From: Candidatus Omnitrophota bacterium
GTDB lineage: Bacteria; Omnitrophota; Omnitrophia; Omnitrophales; Aquincolibacteriaceae
Direction of reading: 5' to 3'
Assembly: GCA_016930235.1 (NCBI GenBank)
Contig: JAFGHI010000015.1
Coordinates: forward strand, 4,218 to 68,217
DNA length: 64,000 nt
The notes below the pieces were generated by a model. It had not been told where the DNA came from and did no database searches. It was given only the letters and a program-made list of their open reading frames with translations. The translations under genes were made by a program, and so were the position numbers. Shown piece after piece: positions 38,326 through 47,981 of the stretch; the first letter of the stretch is position 1, and the number at the start of each line of letters is the position of its first letter.

Positions 38326-38577
38326 CTTGAAAAGAGCGAGATCTTCTGGCTTGTGGCAACAGTCGCAATCACCTACTTGCAGCACCTTCCCAACAAAATA
38401 AGTTAAAAGTAAAAAGTCAAAAATTAAAACTATCGAAAATCATTTTCTTAACCCGTAACTCGCTTTTGACTTTTGATTTATTACTTCTAACTTTTAAGTC
38501 AGTGGTCTTCGGCTGCTTTCGTTCCACGTACAGCTGCGGGGCAGCGGCGGCTCATCCGCCTTCCCTCCACTCTCAAG
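38326..38577 (-). ncRNA. Cobalamin riboswitch 2 (proximal), with ~100-nt insertion
   Basis: AGGGAA, GCCCCGCAGCTGT, CCACTG..GGGAAGG, AGCCAGAAGATCT. Confidence 0.75.
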
Positions 38578-38595
38578 TTTTGATTGTGAACGAAC

Positions 38596-38646
38596 AAAAA
38601 AAATCCCTTTGAGCAAGTTCCGAGGAGAATACGCTGCTCAAAGGGA
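38596..38646 (-). terminator. Expression-platform terminator of riboswitch 1
   Basis: TCCCTTTGAGCA/TGCTCAAAGGGA stem followed by T8. Confidence 0.8.
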
Positions 38647-38703
38647 AAACACTTCCTAAGCTTTTTTCAATCCTCTGCTCGGAGGCTCAATCTTTCATGT
38701 TGA

Positions 38704-38893
38704 TGAGGGTAGGTCTTCTGACTGACGAGCGTTCGTATCCTACTTACGAACCTTCCCACCCGCCAAAACTGAGGCAGGCAGTGGTTAATTTCGCTTTCGT
38801 TCTCGTCGACAGCGGCGGCACCGTGGAGTCAATTGCACACAGCAATTGCTCGCTTCCCTATGAAGTTCGAAATCCCTTTCGAACACCCACACC
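38704..38893 (-). ncRNA. Cobalamin riboswitch 1 (distal)
   Basis: ATAGGGAA, GCCGCCGCTGT, CCACTG..GGGAAGG, AGTCAGAAGACCTACC. Confidence 0.88.
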
Positions 38894-38983
38894 GTTTAAG
38901 AAAGAACATTCAATAGTGGAGTCATTATAGAAAAAAGAGGGGGCTTGTAAAGATGATTTTTGAAGAAAAGGAAAACAAGACAA

Positions 38984-39559
38984 TTACATGCTGAGGATAA
39001 TTTCTTCGCCGGACTGCTCAAGGATGACCGAACGTCCCTGAATATCTTTGACTACCGTATCTTGGTTCACCTCATCCCCGATCATGTAAATACGGTTATT
39101 GATGAGCGCCAGTTGCCTGCCCGCGGAAGTCGTAATCCCGCTCAAAACATATTTGCTCGTCCGCGGCCTAACAACGACGGGCTCAAATGATTCTCTTAGG
39201 ACGGGCTGTTTGGGAGCGGTCACGGCCGGCTTGGGGGCCCGCTGGAAGTTTTCCATCATGACCGTCGTTGCAATCACCATCGCCCCGAGCACCATCACAC
39301 TGACCAGCACAATGCAACAAACAACAACGGCCTTCATGAGATTTTTTTTCGTCCGGGAATCCAGAACCGGAGCACGATAAGGGCGATGCGTTTCTCTAAT
39401 CTCCTTGTGGAAATCAAACGGCGGCTTGGGTTCAGGTTTCGGCACAACCCGCTTCGGTAGTTCTTTCTGTTTCGGCGGCGGCTCCATCACGGAAGTGGCC
39501 GCACTCAAATCCTGAGGCAACCGTCCCGTCTTTTCAAGCGCCTGCTGGATGAGACTCAT
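38984..39559 (-). CDS. GspB/ExeB-like membrane protein
   Basis: MSLIQQALEK N-terminus, one TM, ALINNRIYMIGD; overlaps the exeA stop. Confidence 0.75.
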   Translation of the reverse strand: MSLIQQALEKTGRLPQDLSAATSVMEPPPKQKELPKRVVPKPEPKPPFDFHKEIRETHRPYRAPVLDSRTKKNLMKAVVVCCIVLVSVMVLGAMVIATTVMMENFQRAPKPAVTAPKQPVLRESFEPVVVRPRTSKYVLSGITTSAGRQLALINNRIYMIGDEVNQDTVVKDIQGRSVILEQSGEEIILSM

Positions 39560-40365
39560 ACATGAACTCCTTCAAGATCGGCTTGGGCACATTCCACCAT
39601 CTGCTGCGTCACCACCGTTGAATTTTGAGTGAATGCCGCCATCAGGGCACGATCGGCCAAGACATTGATCACACGCGGGATTCCGGAGGACAAATGATAA
39701 ATAAGCTCACCCGCTTCTTCGGAAAAAAAGTTTCGTTCCGCACCCGCAACCGTAAGCCGGTGAGCAATATAATTTCTGACATCCTCCCGTGAAAGCTCAG
39801 GCAAATGATAGCGGATCGTGATCCTCTGGCGAAGCTGTTTTAAACAAGGACGGTTTAAAAGATCTTTGAGTTCGGGCTGGCCCACTAAAATAATTTGAAG
39901 CAATTTATGAATCGGCGTCTCGAGATTGGATAAAAGACGGACCTGCTCCAGGGCCTTCGGGCTCAAAAGCTGGCATTCGTCAATAATCGCCACCGCATTA
40001 AACCCCTTCTGCGACTCTTCAATCAGAAAATTGTTGAGGGCATCAAAATAATGCTTTCGTTTCTTCCCCGGAGGCGTGATGCCAAAATCCTCGACAATGG
40101 CCTGCAAGACCTCAAACTCCGAAAGCCTGGGATTGAAAAGCAAGGAGGTATGCGCCTTGCCTTCCAACTTATTGAGGAGTGTCCGGCAAATCGTTGTCTT
40201 CCCGGCCCCGATCTCCCCTGTAATCTGAATAAATCCCCTGCGGCTCTCGACCCCGTAAAGAAGATTGGACAGGGCCTCCAAGTGATGCCGGCTAAAATAG
40301 ACAAACCGTGGGTCCGGCGTCATGTTGAAGGGAGATTCTCTCAATCCAAAGAAATTCTCGTACAT
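39556..40365 (-). CDS. exeA: GspA/ExeA-family AAA ATPase
   Basis: MYENFFGLRESPFNMTPDP, GEIGAGKT, IIDE, LVGQPEL, GIPRVINVLAD. Confidence 0.88.
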   Translation of the reverse strand: MYENFFGLRESPFNMTPDPRFVYFSRHHLEALSNLLYGVESRRGFIQITGEIGAGKTTICRTLLNKLEGKAHTSLLFNPRLSEFEVLQAIVEDFGITPPGKKRKHYFDALNNFLIEESQKGFNAVAIIDECQLLSPKALEQVRLLSNLETPIHKLLQIILVGQPELKDLLNRPCLKQLRQRITIRYHLPELSREDVRNYIAHRLTVAGAERNFFSEEAGELIYHLSSGIPRVINVLADRALMAAFTQNSTVVTQQMVECAQADLEGVHV

Positions 40366-40453
40366 AATCTCAACCTTTTTCTTATTTCGAAATGGTGCTG
40401 ATAGGCTTACTCAAAGTAACGGCAAATCCGGGAAACTCTGAAGCGCTCCGGCG

Positions 40454-42493
40454 TCAAGCCCGAGCGAACTGGAAGACCTTGCCGTCTTTTCGGGGAATCT
40501 CAAAGACAAACGGTTTTCCCTTTTCCCACAAAATCTTCTCGGCCTTCCCCGCGAGGATATCTTCAATCTTAACGTTGGATACCGATTGCTCCAGTCCCGG
40601 CAAATAAACACTCGCGCTCTTATCTTCGTCCCCGTTATTCACCGCCACCAGATAGGAAAACTTGCCCCGTTCGAACCAAGCCGTCTTGATATCACGAGTA
40701 ACACTCCGGGAAGGCCGCAAAACACCCAGAAAACTCAGAACCTCCTCAATCAAAGAAGGCGTTGGGTCCACACCTAAATGAAGGAGATATCCCTTCCCGA
40801 TTTTCTTCTTATAGCCGATTGTCTTTCGTCCGTAGCTTCCCAAATCCGCTTGAACGGGATTTCCTGAAACGTTACGGAAACAATAAACCGAACTGATGAT
40901 CTCCACACCGCTTCTTTTTTTGCTCAGGCACACCTTGAATTTTCTTTTGAATTCGAAAAGAACACTCTGCGGCTCTTCGAATCCGACGATCGAACGCGGG
41001 ATAAAGCACTCATCCTTGCGGGGGTAATCGCGGAAAGCCACCAGGACACCGCCTCTTTCAACGTAACGGCGAAGGTTTTCCTGAGCCTTCGGTGCGAGCC
41101 ATTGATTGCCCGAATAAAAAAGGCATTTTTTGTCCGGAAGACCTTTCCTGGGGTCCAAAAGTTCATAATCGACGTCCGCATCATAAAGGGCCGTCAAAAC
41201 CGGACTGTCGTGCGAAAGGGTCCTTGCCGCGTATTGAAGCGGATTCAACGTCACGCCGATATCGCAAACTTTCTTGAGCTCCGGTAAATACATTTTCTCG
41301 GCCACCTTCACCATTTGCCCGAAAGCCTCGTAAAGTTCCGGCCGCACCCTTCCCCATTCATTGATCGGAGACATGTACCAGTTGTCCCGGTTCACCAGCA
41401 TATACCAATTCCAGCCCGCCACGCCGCCCAGGATCGCACTCAAACCCAGCAGGCGGTAATGATTCGGCGTCAAAACCCCGCTTTCGTAATGCCGCGAATG
41501 CCAGATACCGGATTCGAATTCCGCAATAAAAGGGAGCCGGGAAGTATTTTTCAGGAATCGCACCTTGTCGATAAATTTCCTCTGCTCAAACTTATCTTCG
41601 CCGAATTCATTGGAGGGATAAAGGTCCACACCGACAAGGTCCGAGACTTCCTGCATATCCGACCAATCGTGCGCATAAAAGAAGGGATAAACGTTCAGAT
41701 AGATCGGAATATCCACGCCCAGCTTCCGGTAAGCCTGGACATTCCACTCGGCACATTGGCGCGAATAACTATATTTGAACCTAAAATAATCCAGATGCCG
41801 CTGCAGCTCGTGATCGCCCTTGAGCTGAAAACCTTCGGACCGGTTGAGCATCGTCGCAAGAAATGCGCCCGCCTCTTCAAATCTTTTGTAATGAGTCCCC
41901 CACCGTTCGTTGAGATCCTTAATCCGACCGGCATAAAGTTTCTTTAAAAATCCCTGAAATAGCCCCGGCTTGCCGGCCAACCCGTATTGAGCACCGAAGA
42001 CATCCGGCCACGGATCGATTTCGTTATCCGCTTGAAGGAGCAGGATATGGCCGCGGCTCCTCGTGGCAAAATAAGGGCTCAAAACCTTGACGACTTTTTT
42101 TAAATAATTGCCGGCAAACTTCAGAAACTGAGGATGCAAACGGTGATAACGATACGCATAAGCGGGAACCCCTTCGCGCGGCCATTCACTGTAGATATAA
42201 GGCCCGGGCCGGATCACGACCCAAAATCCCATCCGCCGGGTCAAATCAAGAAATGCGACAAGATTTCTTTTAGGATCCGTTTGGCCCGTGAAATCAAATT
42301 GTCCCCGGCGGGGCTCATGATAATCCCAGGGGATGTAAGTCGAAACGATCTTGAGTCCGAGTCCTTTAACTTGCGTGAGGATTTCTTCCCAGGCATCCGG
42401 ATGAAGCCTCCAGTAATGCACCTCTCCGGAAAGAAGCGGGATCTTTTTTGGGCCTACGACGATTTGATTGTTCCTGATTTCAACTTTGGGCAT
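40454..42493 (-). CDS. GH35/GH42-like beta-galactosidase-family glycosidase
   Basis: SGEVHYWR, YIPWDYHEP, RPGPYIYSEW, QADNE, AEF. Confidence 0.82.
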   Translation of the reverse strand: MPKVEIRNNQIVVGPKKIPLLSGEVHYWRLHPDAWEEILTQVKGLGLKIVSTYIPWDYHEPRRGQFDFTGQTDPKRNLVAFLDLTRRMGFWVVIRPGPYIYSEWPREGVPAYAYRYHRLHPQFLKFAGNYLKKVVKVLSPYFATRSRGHILLLQADNEIDPWPDVFGAQYGLAGKPGLFQGFLKKLYAGRIKDLNERWGTHYKRFEEAGAFLATMLNRSEGFQLKGDHELQRHLDYFRFKYSYSRQCAEWNVQAYRKLGVDIPIYLNVYPFFYAHDWSDMQEVSDLVGVDLYPSNEFGEDKFEQRKFIDKVRFLKNTSRLPFIAEFESGIWHSRHYESGVLTPNHYRLLGLSAILGGVAGWNWYMLVNRDNWYMSPINEWGRVRPELYEAFGQMVKVAEKMYLPELKKVCDIGVTLNPLQYAARTLSHDSPVLTALYDADVDYELLDPRKGLPDKKCLFYSGNQWLAPKAQENLRRYVERGGVLVAFRDYPRKDECFIPRSIVGFEEPQSVLFEFKRKFKVCLSKKRSGVEIISSVYCFRNVSGNPVQADLGSYGRKTIGYKKKIGKGYLLHLGVDPTPSLIEEVLSFLGVLRPSRSVTRDIKTAWFERGKFSYLVAVNNGDEDKSASVYLPGLEQSVSNVKIEDILAGKAEKILWEKGKPFVFEIPRKDGKVFQFARA

Positions 42494-44961
42494 TATTGGG
42501 CCACAATATTGACAATCCGTCCGGGGACGACGATGACTTGTTTGATCTCCTTGCCTTCCAGCCACTGTTTGACTTGTTCATCTTGGAAAACCTTTTCCCG
42601 GATGTTGTCTTCCTTTTCCTCTTTCGAAACGGAGATCTTGGCGCGTACCTTGCCGCCGATGAGGACCGCCATTTCGACGGTTTCCTCAACCAAATAAGAA
42701 GGATCGTATTCCGGCCAAGCTTCATAAGCAAGTGTCCCGGAATGTCCTAAACGCTTCCATAACTCTTCGGTCAGGTGAGGCGCAAAGGGCGCCAGGAGCA
42801 AAACAAATTTTTCCATCACTTCACGGGAACATGTTTCTTCTTTGAGCATCACGTTGACAAAAATCATCAGGGCCGAGATCGCCGTGTTCAATCGAATGCC
42901 TTCGATATCTTCGGTCACCTTTTTGACCGTCTGGTGAATCAACTTTTGTTCGGCCGCGTTCGGCTTCCTATTCTGAACCTTGGAATGAAGAGTCCCTTCC
43001 GAGATAAAGAGCCGCCACGTCCGGCCGAGGAACCGGTAAACGCCTTCGACCCCCTGCATCGACCACGGCTTGGTCATTTCAAGCGGTCCCATAAACATCT
43101 CATACAAGCGGATACTGTCGGCCCCGTAGCGTTCGATGAGTTCGTCGGGATTGAGAATGTTCCCGCGCGACTTGGACATCTTTTGATTGTCCTCCCCGAG
43201 GATCATCCCCTGATTGACTAATCGTTTAAAAGGCTCGACTTCCGAAACCACCCCGCAATCGTAAAGAACTTTATGCCAGAATCTCGCGTAAAGAAGATGC
43301 AGCACCGCGTGTTCGGCCCCTCCGACATATAAATCCACCGGCATCCAGTATTTCTCTTTCTTTTCTGCAACCGCTGCCTTCGGATTCTTAGGATCGATAA
43401 ACCGCAGGTAATACCAGCAAGACCCCGCCCATTGAGGCATCGTATTCGTTTCCCGTTTCGCAGGCCTTCCGGTCTTCGGGTCTTGGGTGTTCACCCATTC
43501 CTTCATCAAAGCAAGCGGACTTTCACCCGTCCCCGTCGGTTTGTAGCTTCTCGACTCCGGCAGCCGGATCGGGAGTTCCTTTTCATCCACCAGGCAAGGT
43601 TTCTCATCCACGTGAATAACAGGGATCGGTTCCCCCCAGTATCTTTGACGGCTGAAGAGCCAGTCCCTCAATTTATATTGGATTGACTTCTTTCCGATCC
43701 CTTTTTTCTTCAGCCAATCCGTAATTTTTGGGATTGCCTGGTCGCTCGGCATCTCATCGATTGAAAAAGATTTGTCCGGCGTCGTTGAATTCTTGCAAAG
43801 ACCGACACCGACGAAAGCGCGTTCCTTATTGTCTTCCGGAACACCAGGTTCCTGGATCACCCAAACAATCGGAAGTTTAAACTTCGTCGCAAATTCAAAA
43901 TCGCGCTCGTCGTGCGCCGGGACAGCCATAATGGCCCCGGTCCCGTAACTGATCAGCACATAATCGGCAATCCAGATCGGGATCTCTTTTTGCGTGAGTG
44001 GATTCGTCGCATACGCGCCCGTAAAAACACCCGTTTTTTCCTTGGCAAGATCCGTCCGGTCTAAATCAGATTTTAAAGAGGCTTGCCGGACATAAGCCTC
44101 CACTTCTTTTTTCTTATCAGGAGTCACAATCTTTTTAACGAGAGGATGTTCCGGGGCAAGCACCATATAAGTCGCTCCGAACAAAGTGTCGGGACGGGTC
44201 GTGAATACCCGGATGACATCGTCGGACACCGCAACCGGGAAATCAACTTCCGCGCCGACGGATTTCCCGATCCAGTTTCTCTGCATCTCCTTGATCGGTT
44301 CCGGCCAATCAAGAAGATTCAGATCTTCCAGCAGCCTTTCGGCATAGGCAGTAATCTTAAGAACCCATTGACGCATAGGCTTACGAACTACCGGATGTCC
44401 TCCCCGTTCACTTTTCCCGTTAATCACTTCTTCATTCGCCAAAACGGTCCCAAGTGCCGGACACCAGTTAACAGGGACCTCCGCCTCGTAAGCCAGCCCT
44501 TTCTCAAAAAGCTTCATAAAAATCCACTGGGTCCACCGGTAATAGCCGGGGTCCGTCGTGTTGATTTCCCTCTGCCAGTCGTAACTGAATCCGATACGTT
44601 TAATCTGCCTTTTGAAATTCTGGATATTTTTCTCGGTCGTCTCGCGCGGGTGGGTCCCGGTATCCAGGGCGTGTTGTTCGGCCGGCAACCCGAAGGCGTC
44701 CCAGCCCATCGGATGCAGGACATTGAACCCACGCATCCTTTTGTAACGGGAAATAATATCGGTGGCGGTATACCCTTCCAGATGGCCTACGTGCAGTCCG
44801 GACCCCGAAGGGTACGGGAACATATCCAGGATATAATACTTGGGTTTCTCGCTCCCCTTTTCGCCCGGATCGGGTGAACGGAAAGTGCCGTGCTTTTCCC
44901 AATATTCCTGCCAGGAAAGTTCTATCTCATCAAAGGGATATTGTTTGATTCCGCTTGCCAT
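42493..44961 (-). CDS. leuS: Leucine--tRNA ligase
   Basis: [26 protein letters not shown]. Confidence 0.97.
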   Translation of the reverse strand: MASGIKQYPFDEIELSWQEYWEKHGTFRSPDPGEKGSEKPKYYILDMFPYPSGSGLHVGHLEGYTATDIISRYKRMRGFNVLHPMGWDAFGLPAEQHALDTGTHPRETTEKNIQNFKRQIKRIGFSYDWQREINTTDPGYYRWTQWIFMKLFEKGLAYEAEVPVNWCPALGTVLANEEVINGKSERGGHPVVRKPMRQWVLKITAYAERLLEDLNLLDWPEPIKEMQRNWIGKSVGAEVDFPVAVSDDVIRVFTTRPDTLFGATYMVLAPEHPLVKKIVTPDKKKEVEAYVRQASLKSDLDRTDLAKEKTGVFTGAYATNPLTQKEIPIWIADYVLISYGTGAIMAVPAHDERDFEFATKFKLPIVWVIQEPGVPEDNKERAFVGVGLCKNSTTPDKSFSIDEMPSDQAIPKITDWLKKKGIGKKSIQYKLRDWLFSRQRYWGEPIPVIHVDEKPCLVDEKELPIRLPESRSYKPTGTGESPLALMKEWVNTQDPKTGRPAKRETNTMPQWAGSCWYYLRFIDPKNPKAAVAEKKEKYWMPVDLYVGGAEHAVLHLLYARFWHKVLYDCGVVSEVEPFKRLVNQGMILGEDNQKMSKSRGNILNPDELIERYGADSIRLYEMFMGPLEMTKPWSMQGVEGVYRFLGRTWRLFISEGTLHSKVQNRKPNAAEQKLIHQTVKKVTEDIEGIRLNTAISALMIFVNVMLKEETCSREVMEKFVLLLAPFAPHLTEELWKRLGHSGTLAYEAWPEYDPSYLVEETVEMAVLIGGKVRAKISVSKEEKEDNIREKVFQDEQVKQWLEGKEIKQVIVVPGRIVNIVAQ

Positions 44962-45015
44962 AGGCGGGTATTTTAACACAAGCGCAAAAAATCACGAAAC
45001 TTCTTCAGGAAAAAC

Positions 45016-45099
45016 TGCGGAGGGAGAGAGTCGAACTCTCACGGCCTTGCGGCCACTGGATTTTGAGTCCAGCGCGTCTGCCAGTTCCGCCACCCCCGC
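45016..45099 (-). tRNA. tRNA-Leu(CAA)
   Basis: CTGGA-CTCAAAA-TCCAG anticodon arm, long variable arm. Confidence 0.95.
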
Positions 45100-45125
45100 A
45101 AATCACAGGTAAGAATAAAAAAACT

Positions 45126-45198
45126 TGGACCGGAGGGGAGTTGAACCCCTGACCTCCACAATGCCATTGTGGCGTTCTCCCAACTGAACTACCGGCCC
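45126..45198 (-). tRNA. tRNA-Ala(GGC)
   Basis: CCACA-ATGGCAT-TGTGG; G3:U70 pair present. Confidence 0.95.
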
Positions 45199-45398
45199 AC
45201 GTAAGAAATTATACCAAAGCAAACTTTATACAGGCAGTGTCTACCGTCAAAACCACTTACCAAAACATCGCAGTCCTGCAAAGTTCCTGAGGAACGAAGC
45301 AGGACCGGCCCATGAATGAATTGCAGGGTATCTTAATCAAAAGCGGGTATCGAGACAAGGATTAAGTAATGAAAAACCCTGAAGAATATTCCCATAAG

Positions 45399-45432
45399 AA
45401 AAAGGGCCAGATCTTTTTGATCTGGCCCTTTT
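45399..45432. terminator. Intrinsic terminator (bidirectional form)
   Basis: AAAAAGGGCCAGATC/GATCTGGCCCTTTTT. Confidence 0.85.
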
Positions 45433-45455
45433 TAAAGAAATTCGCCTCGCTTAAT

Positions 45456-45779
45456 TTAGAACAAGGTTTCAGGATCCACTGGCATTCCCTGCTGATGATC
45501 AGGAATAAATGCAGCAATGAAATCCCACATACCACTGCCCGTGCGAACAACTGTTTGGAAGAGTCCGTCAAGGGCACCCGAAATATGGCGGATGACCGGA
45601 CGTCCTGCCCCTTGGTGGTATTCCTGAATCGTGATAGGGACTTCCATCCATCCGCCAATCACATTCTTGAAACCACGCACAAAATCCTTCTGCATGTTAT
45701 CCTGATACTCGCCCGCGAAAGCCGGTGTGACCGAAGCAGCTAAGATCAGGACTAACAATACCGCAAGAATTTTCTTCAT
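45456..45779 (-). CDS. Exported protein resembling the TIGR04073 exosortase-associated family
   Basis: Signal peptide ..PAFA; RGFKNVIGGWMEVP..G..RTGSGMWDF pattern. Confidence 0.65.
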   Translation of the reverse strand: MKKILAVLLVLILAASVTPAFAGEYQDNMQKDFVRGFKNVIGGWMEVPITIQEYHQGAGRPVIRHISGALDGLFQTVVRTGSGMWDFIAAFIPDHQQGMPVDPETLF

Positions 45780-46036
45780 ATTGATTCCCTCCCTTGGATT
45801 ATCAATGGTCGAAATAAGAAATACTGACCTCACTATCCTAAGGTTTATCGACCTCTTGTCAAGTTAGTTCAATATTCACGTAATTGGGTGTTTCGGCAAA
45901 ACGCTTAAAAAGTGTAGCCTAAATATTCAATTGTTTCCGGCATCCCCCTCAAAAAAGACTCGCCCTCCGGTCACAATTCCCGGCACGTTCTTCAGAAATT
46001 CCTCTCGGAAAGCTGCGGGGATCCCCTTAAACCGAG

Positions 46037-46063
46037 TAAAGTTTTGGGTGCCAAGGCCGATGT
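46037..46063 (+). promoter_or_regulatory. Sigma-28-like promoter
   Basis: TAAAGTTT-N11-GCCGATGT. Confidence 0.6.
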
Positions 46064-46090
46064 TCCATATACGGCGAGATTGACCAAATA

Positions 46091-46294
46091 GTGGGGGAAA
46101 AATTGAAACCGTTATACACCTGTTCGAGCTGTCAGTGGTCGGGGGATGAAACCCATTTTATCACCAAAATCCTCTCGATCATGTACCGCCCCAAGCACGA
46201 AAATATCCAGGCCTTCAAACAAATCAAGTGTCCCAAGTGTCACAATCTCGTCACGATCATTTTCGAGACCCTTGACGGTCAAGTCGCGAAGTAA
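46091..46294 (+). CDS. Small zinc-ribbon protein
   Basis: CSSC..CPKC; promoter-like motif directly upstream. Confidence 0.6.
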   Translation: MGEKLKPLYTCSSCQWSGDETHFITKILSIMYRPKHENIQAFKQIKCPKCHNLVTIIFETLDGQVAK

Positions 46295-47064
46295 GACTTC
46301 TCCCCTTCCTTAAATTGTTTCAGCCAGTTCTCGACCGGTTTCATCGCATCATAATCCGTTAAATCGAGTTTCAAAGGCGTAATCGAAATATATTTTTCGA
46401 TAATGGCTTCTTCATCACTCGAGCCGTCCGCATCATCGACTTCAATCTGACCGGCCAGGGTATAAATCTTATCTCCCTCATGAAGACCGTGAGAAATAAA
46501 CTCCTCGATGAACCGGCTGGAGGCCTGTTTGGTCACCCGGATCCCTTTGATTTCATTTCCGGGAACCGGAGGAATATTAATGTTTAACATAATGCCGCGG
46601 GGCAAACTTCCCTGCTCATACCCGGTTGCGATCTTTTTCGCGAGATCAACCCCGACCGAAAAATCGCTGAAAGTCGGGCTGCATAACGACATCGCCACCG
46701 CCGGAATGCGATTGATCAAACTTTCCCGAGCCGCCGAGATAGTTCCCGAATAATAAACGCTGACCCCCGTATTCGTTCCGTGATTGATCCCTGAAATCAC
46801 GAGGTCGGGACGAAAATCAGGGATCTCGGAAAGCGCAAACTTGACACAATCAGCAGGCGTCCCTTCCACTGAAAAATGCCTGAGCCCCGAAATTTCGAAT
46901 TCCTTAATGCGCAATTTCTGGCGTAACGAGATGGAATGGCTTGAAGCCGATTTCTCGTTTTTGGGAGCCACCAAAAGGACCTCCGCGCTCCCTTTTAACC
47001 CTTGGGCCAAGGCCTCAATCCCCGGCGCTTGAATCCCGTCATCATTGGTCAATAATATTTTCAT
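46279..47064 (-). CDS. surE: 5'/3'-nucleotidase SurE
   Basis: ILLTNDDG, GTPADCV, SGINHG.N..YSGT. Confidence 0.96.
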   Translation of the reverse strand: MKILLTNDDGIQAPGIEALAQGLKGSAEVLLVAPKNEKSASSHSISLRQKLRIKEFEISGLRHFSVEGTPADCVKFALSEIPDFRPDLVISGINHGTNTGVSVYYSGTISAARESLINRIPAVAMSLCSPTFSDFSVGVDLAKKIATGYEQGSLPRGIMLNINIPPVPGNEIKGIRVTKQASSRFIEEFISHGLHEGDKIYTLAGQIEVDDADGSSDEEAIIEKYISITPLKLDLTDYDAMKPVENWLKQFKEGEKSYFAT

Positions 47065-47174
47065 TCTTCGTTGACTCCCTTTGTATCACTCCGCGGCTCA
47101 ACCTGCGCGAACGGGCATCCTAGTTTGTTGCAATGTCATTGCGGATAAATTCACGAAAAGCCAATCTTCAATGG

Positions 47175-47558
47175 TCACTGCGGGATCATCATAAAAACAG
47201 TCGCAATAGCGTAATCTCTTTCGTGCGACATCGAAAGCTCGATCTGGCAGCGTTTGGGAACGCCGAAACGTTTTCTCGATTCCTCCGAAAGATAAATGAA
47301 AGGTTTGCCCGTCGGCCGTCTTCTGACCTCAATCTCCCGGAACCGGTAGCGGTGCTCGCGCTTCACTTCAAAGGCCTTCATCGCGGCCTCTTTGGCGGCA
47401 AACCGTGAAGCATAATGTTCGGCCTTCATCCGTTTGGATTCGCAGTAATCCCGCTCGGCCTGGGTAAAAACCCGATGAAGAAACCGGCTTCCGCGGCGCT
47501 TCATGACCCGCTCAACCCTGCGGACGTTGGTAATATCGATCCCTTGGCGGATTTCCAT
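47175..47558 (-). CDS. acpS: Holo-ACP synthase
   Basis: GIDI, RFAAKEAAMKA, GKP, SMSH. Confidence 0.93.
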   Translation of the reverse strand: MEIRQGIDITNVRRVERVMKRRGSRFLHRVFTQAERDYCESKRMKAEHYASRFAAKEAAMKAFEVKREHRYRFREIEVRRRPTGKPFIYLSEESRKRFGVPKRCQIELSMSHERDYAIATVFMMIPQ

Positions 47559-47572
47559 ACGGTCGGATCTTG

Positions 47573-47863
47573 CTAGGTTCGGAACATAAAATAAGCGATG
47601 GCAATGACAATCAGGATGGAAATAATGTAGAAATTATTAAATCGCCAAAAATCACTCACCTTGGCCAAAAGGTTAATGCTGCTCTTCTTACGGTAGGAAA
47701 GAATATCACTTCGAAGATTAAGAGCGTCTTCCTTGCGGAAGCGGATATACGTTCCCCCGATTTTATATGCCCGCAATCTCCTTTGTTTCAAATAATGTTC
47801 GAGCTGCTCCTGATCAATCTCGAGGAATCTTTTGACTTCATCAACCGTTAGCATGTTATTCAT
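47573..47863 (-). CDS. Xis/BldC-type HTH protein with C-terminal TM helix
   Basis: MLTVDEVKRFL..LRAYKIGGTYIRF; FYIISILIVIAIAYFMF. Confidence 0.8.
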   Translation of the reverse strand: MNNMLTVDEVKRFLEIDQEQLEHYLKQRRLRAYKIGGTYIRFRKEDALNLRSDILSYRKKSSINLLAKVSDFWRFNNFYIISILIVIAIAYFMFRT

Positions 47864-47981
47864 AATGCGTCTCTCGCTCTCCGCTAAAACCTATCCCGAA
47901 CAGGAAAGAAACCTTCCGCTCCGGAAGTTTCTGCCTGCCCTTGGTAAATAAGACAACAATCTCAAACTGGAAATGGATCGC

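Noticed and set aside
38395-38497. CRISPR array
   Set aside because: The units are degenerate 7-mers without spacers, and there are no cas genes
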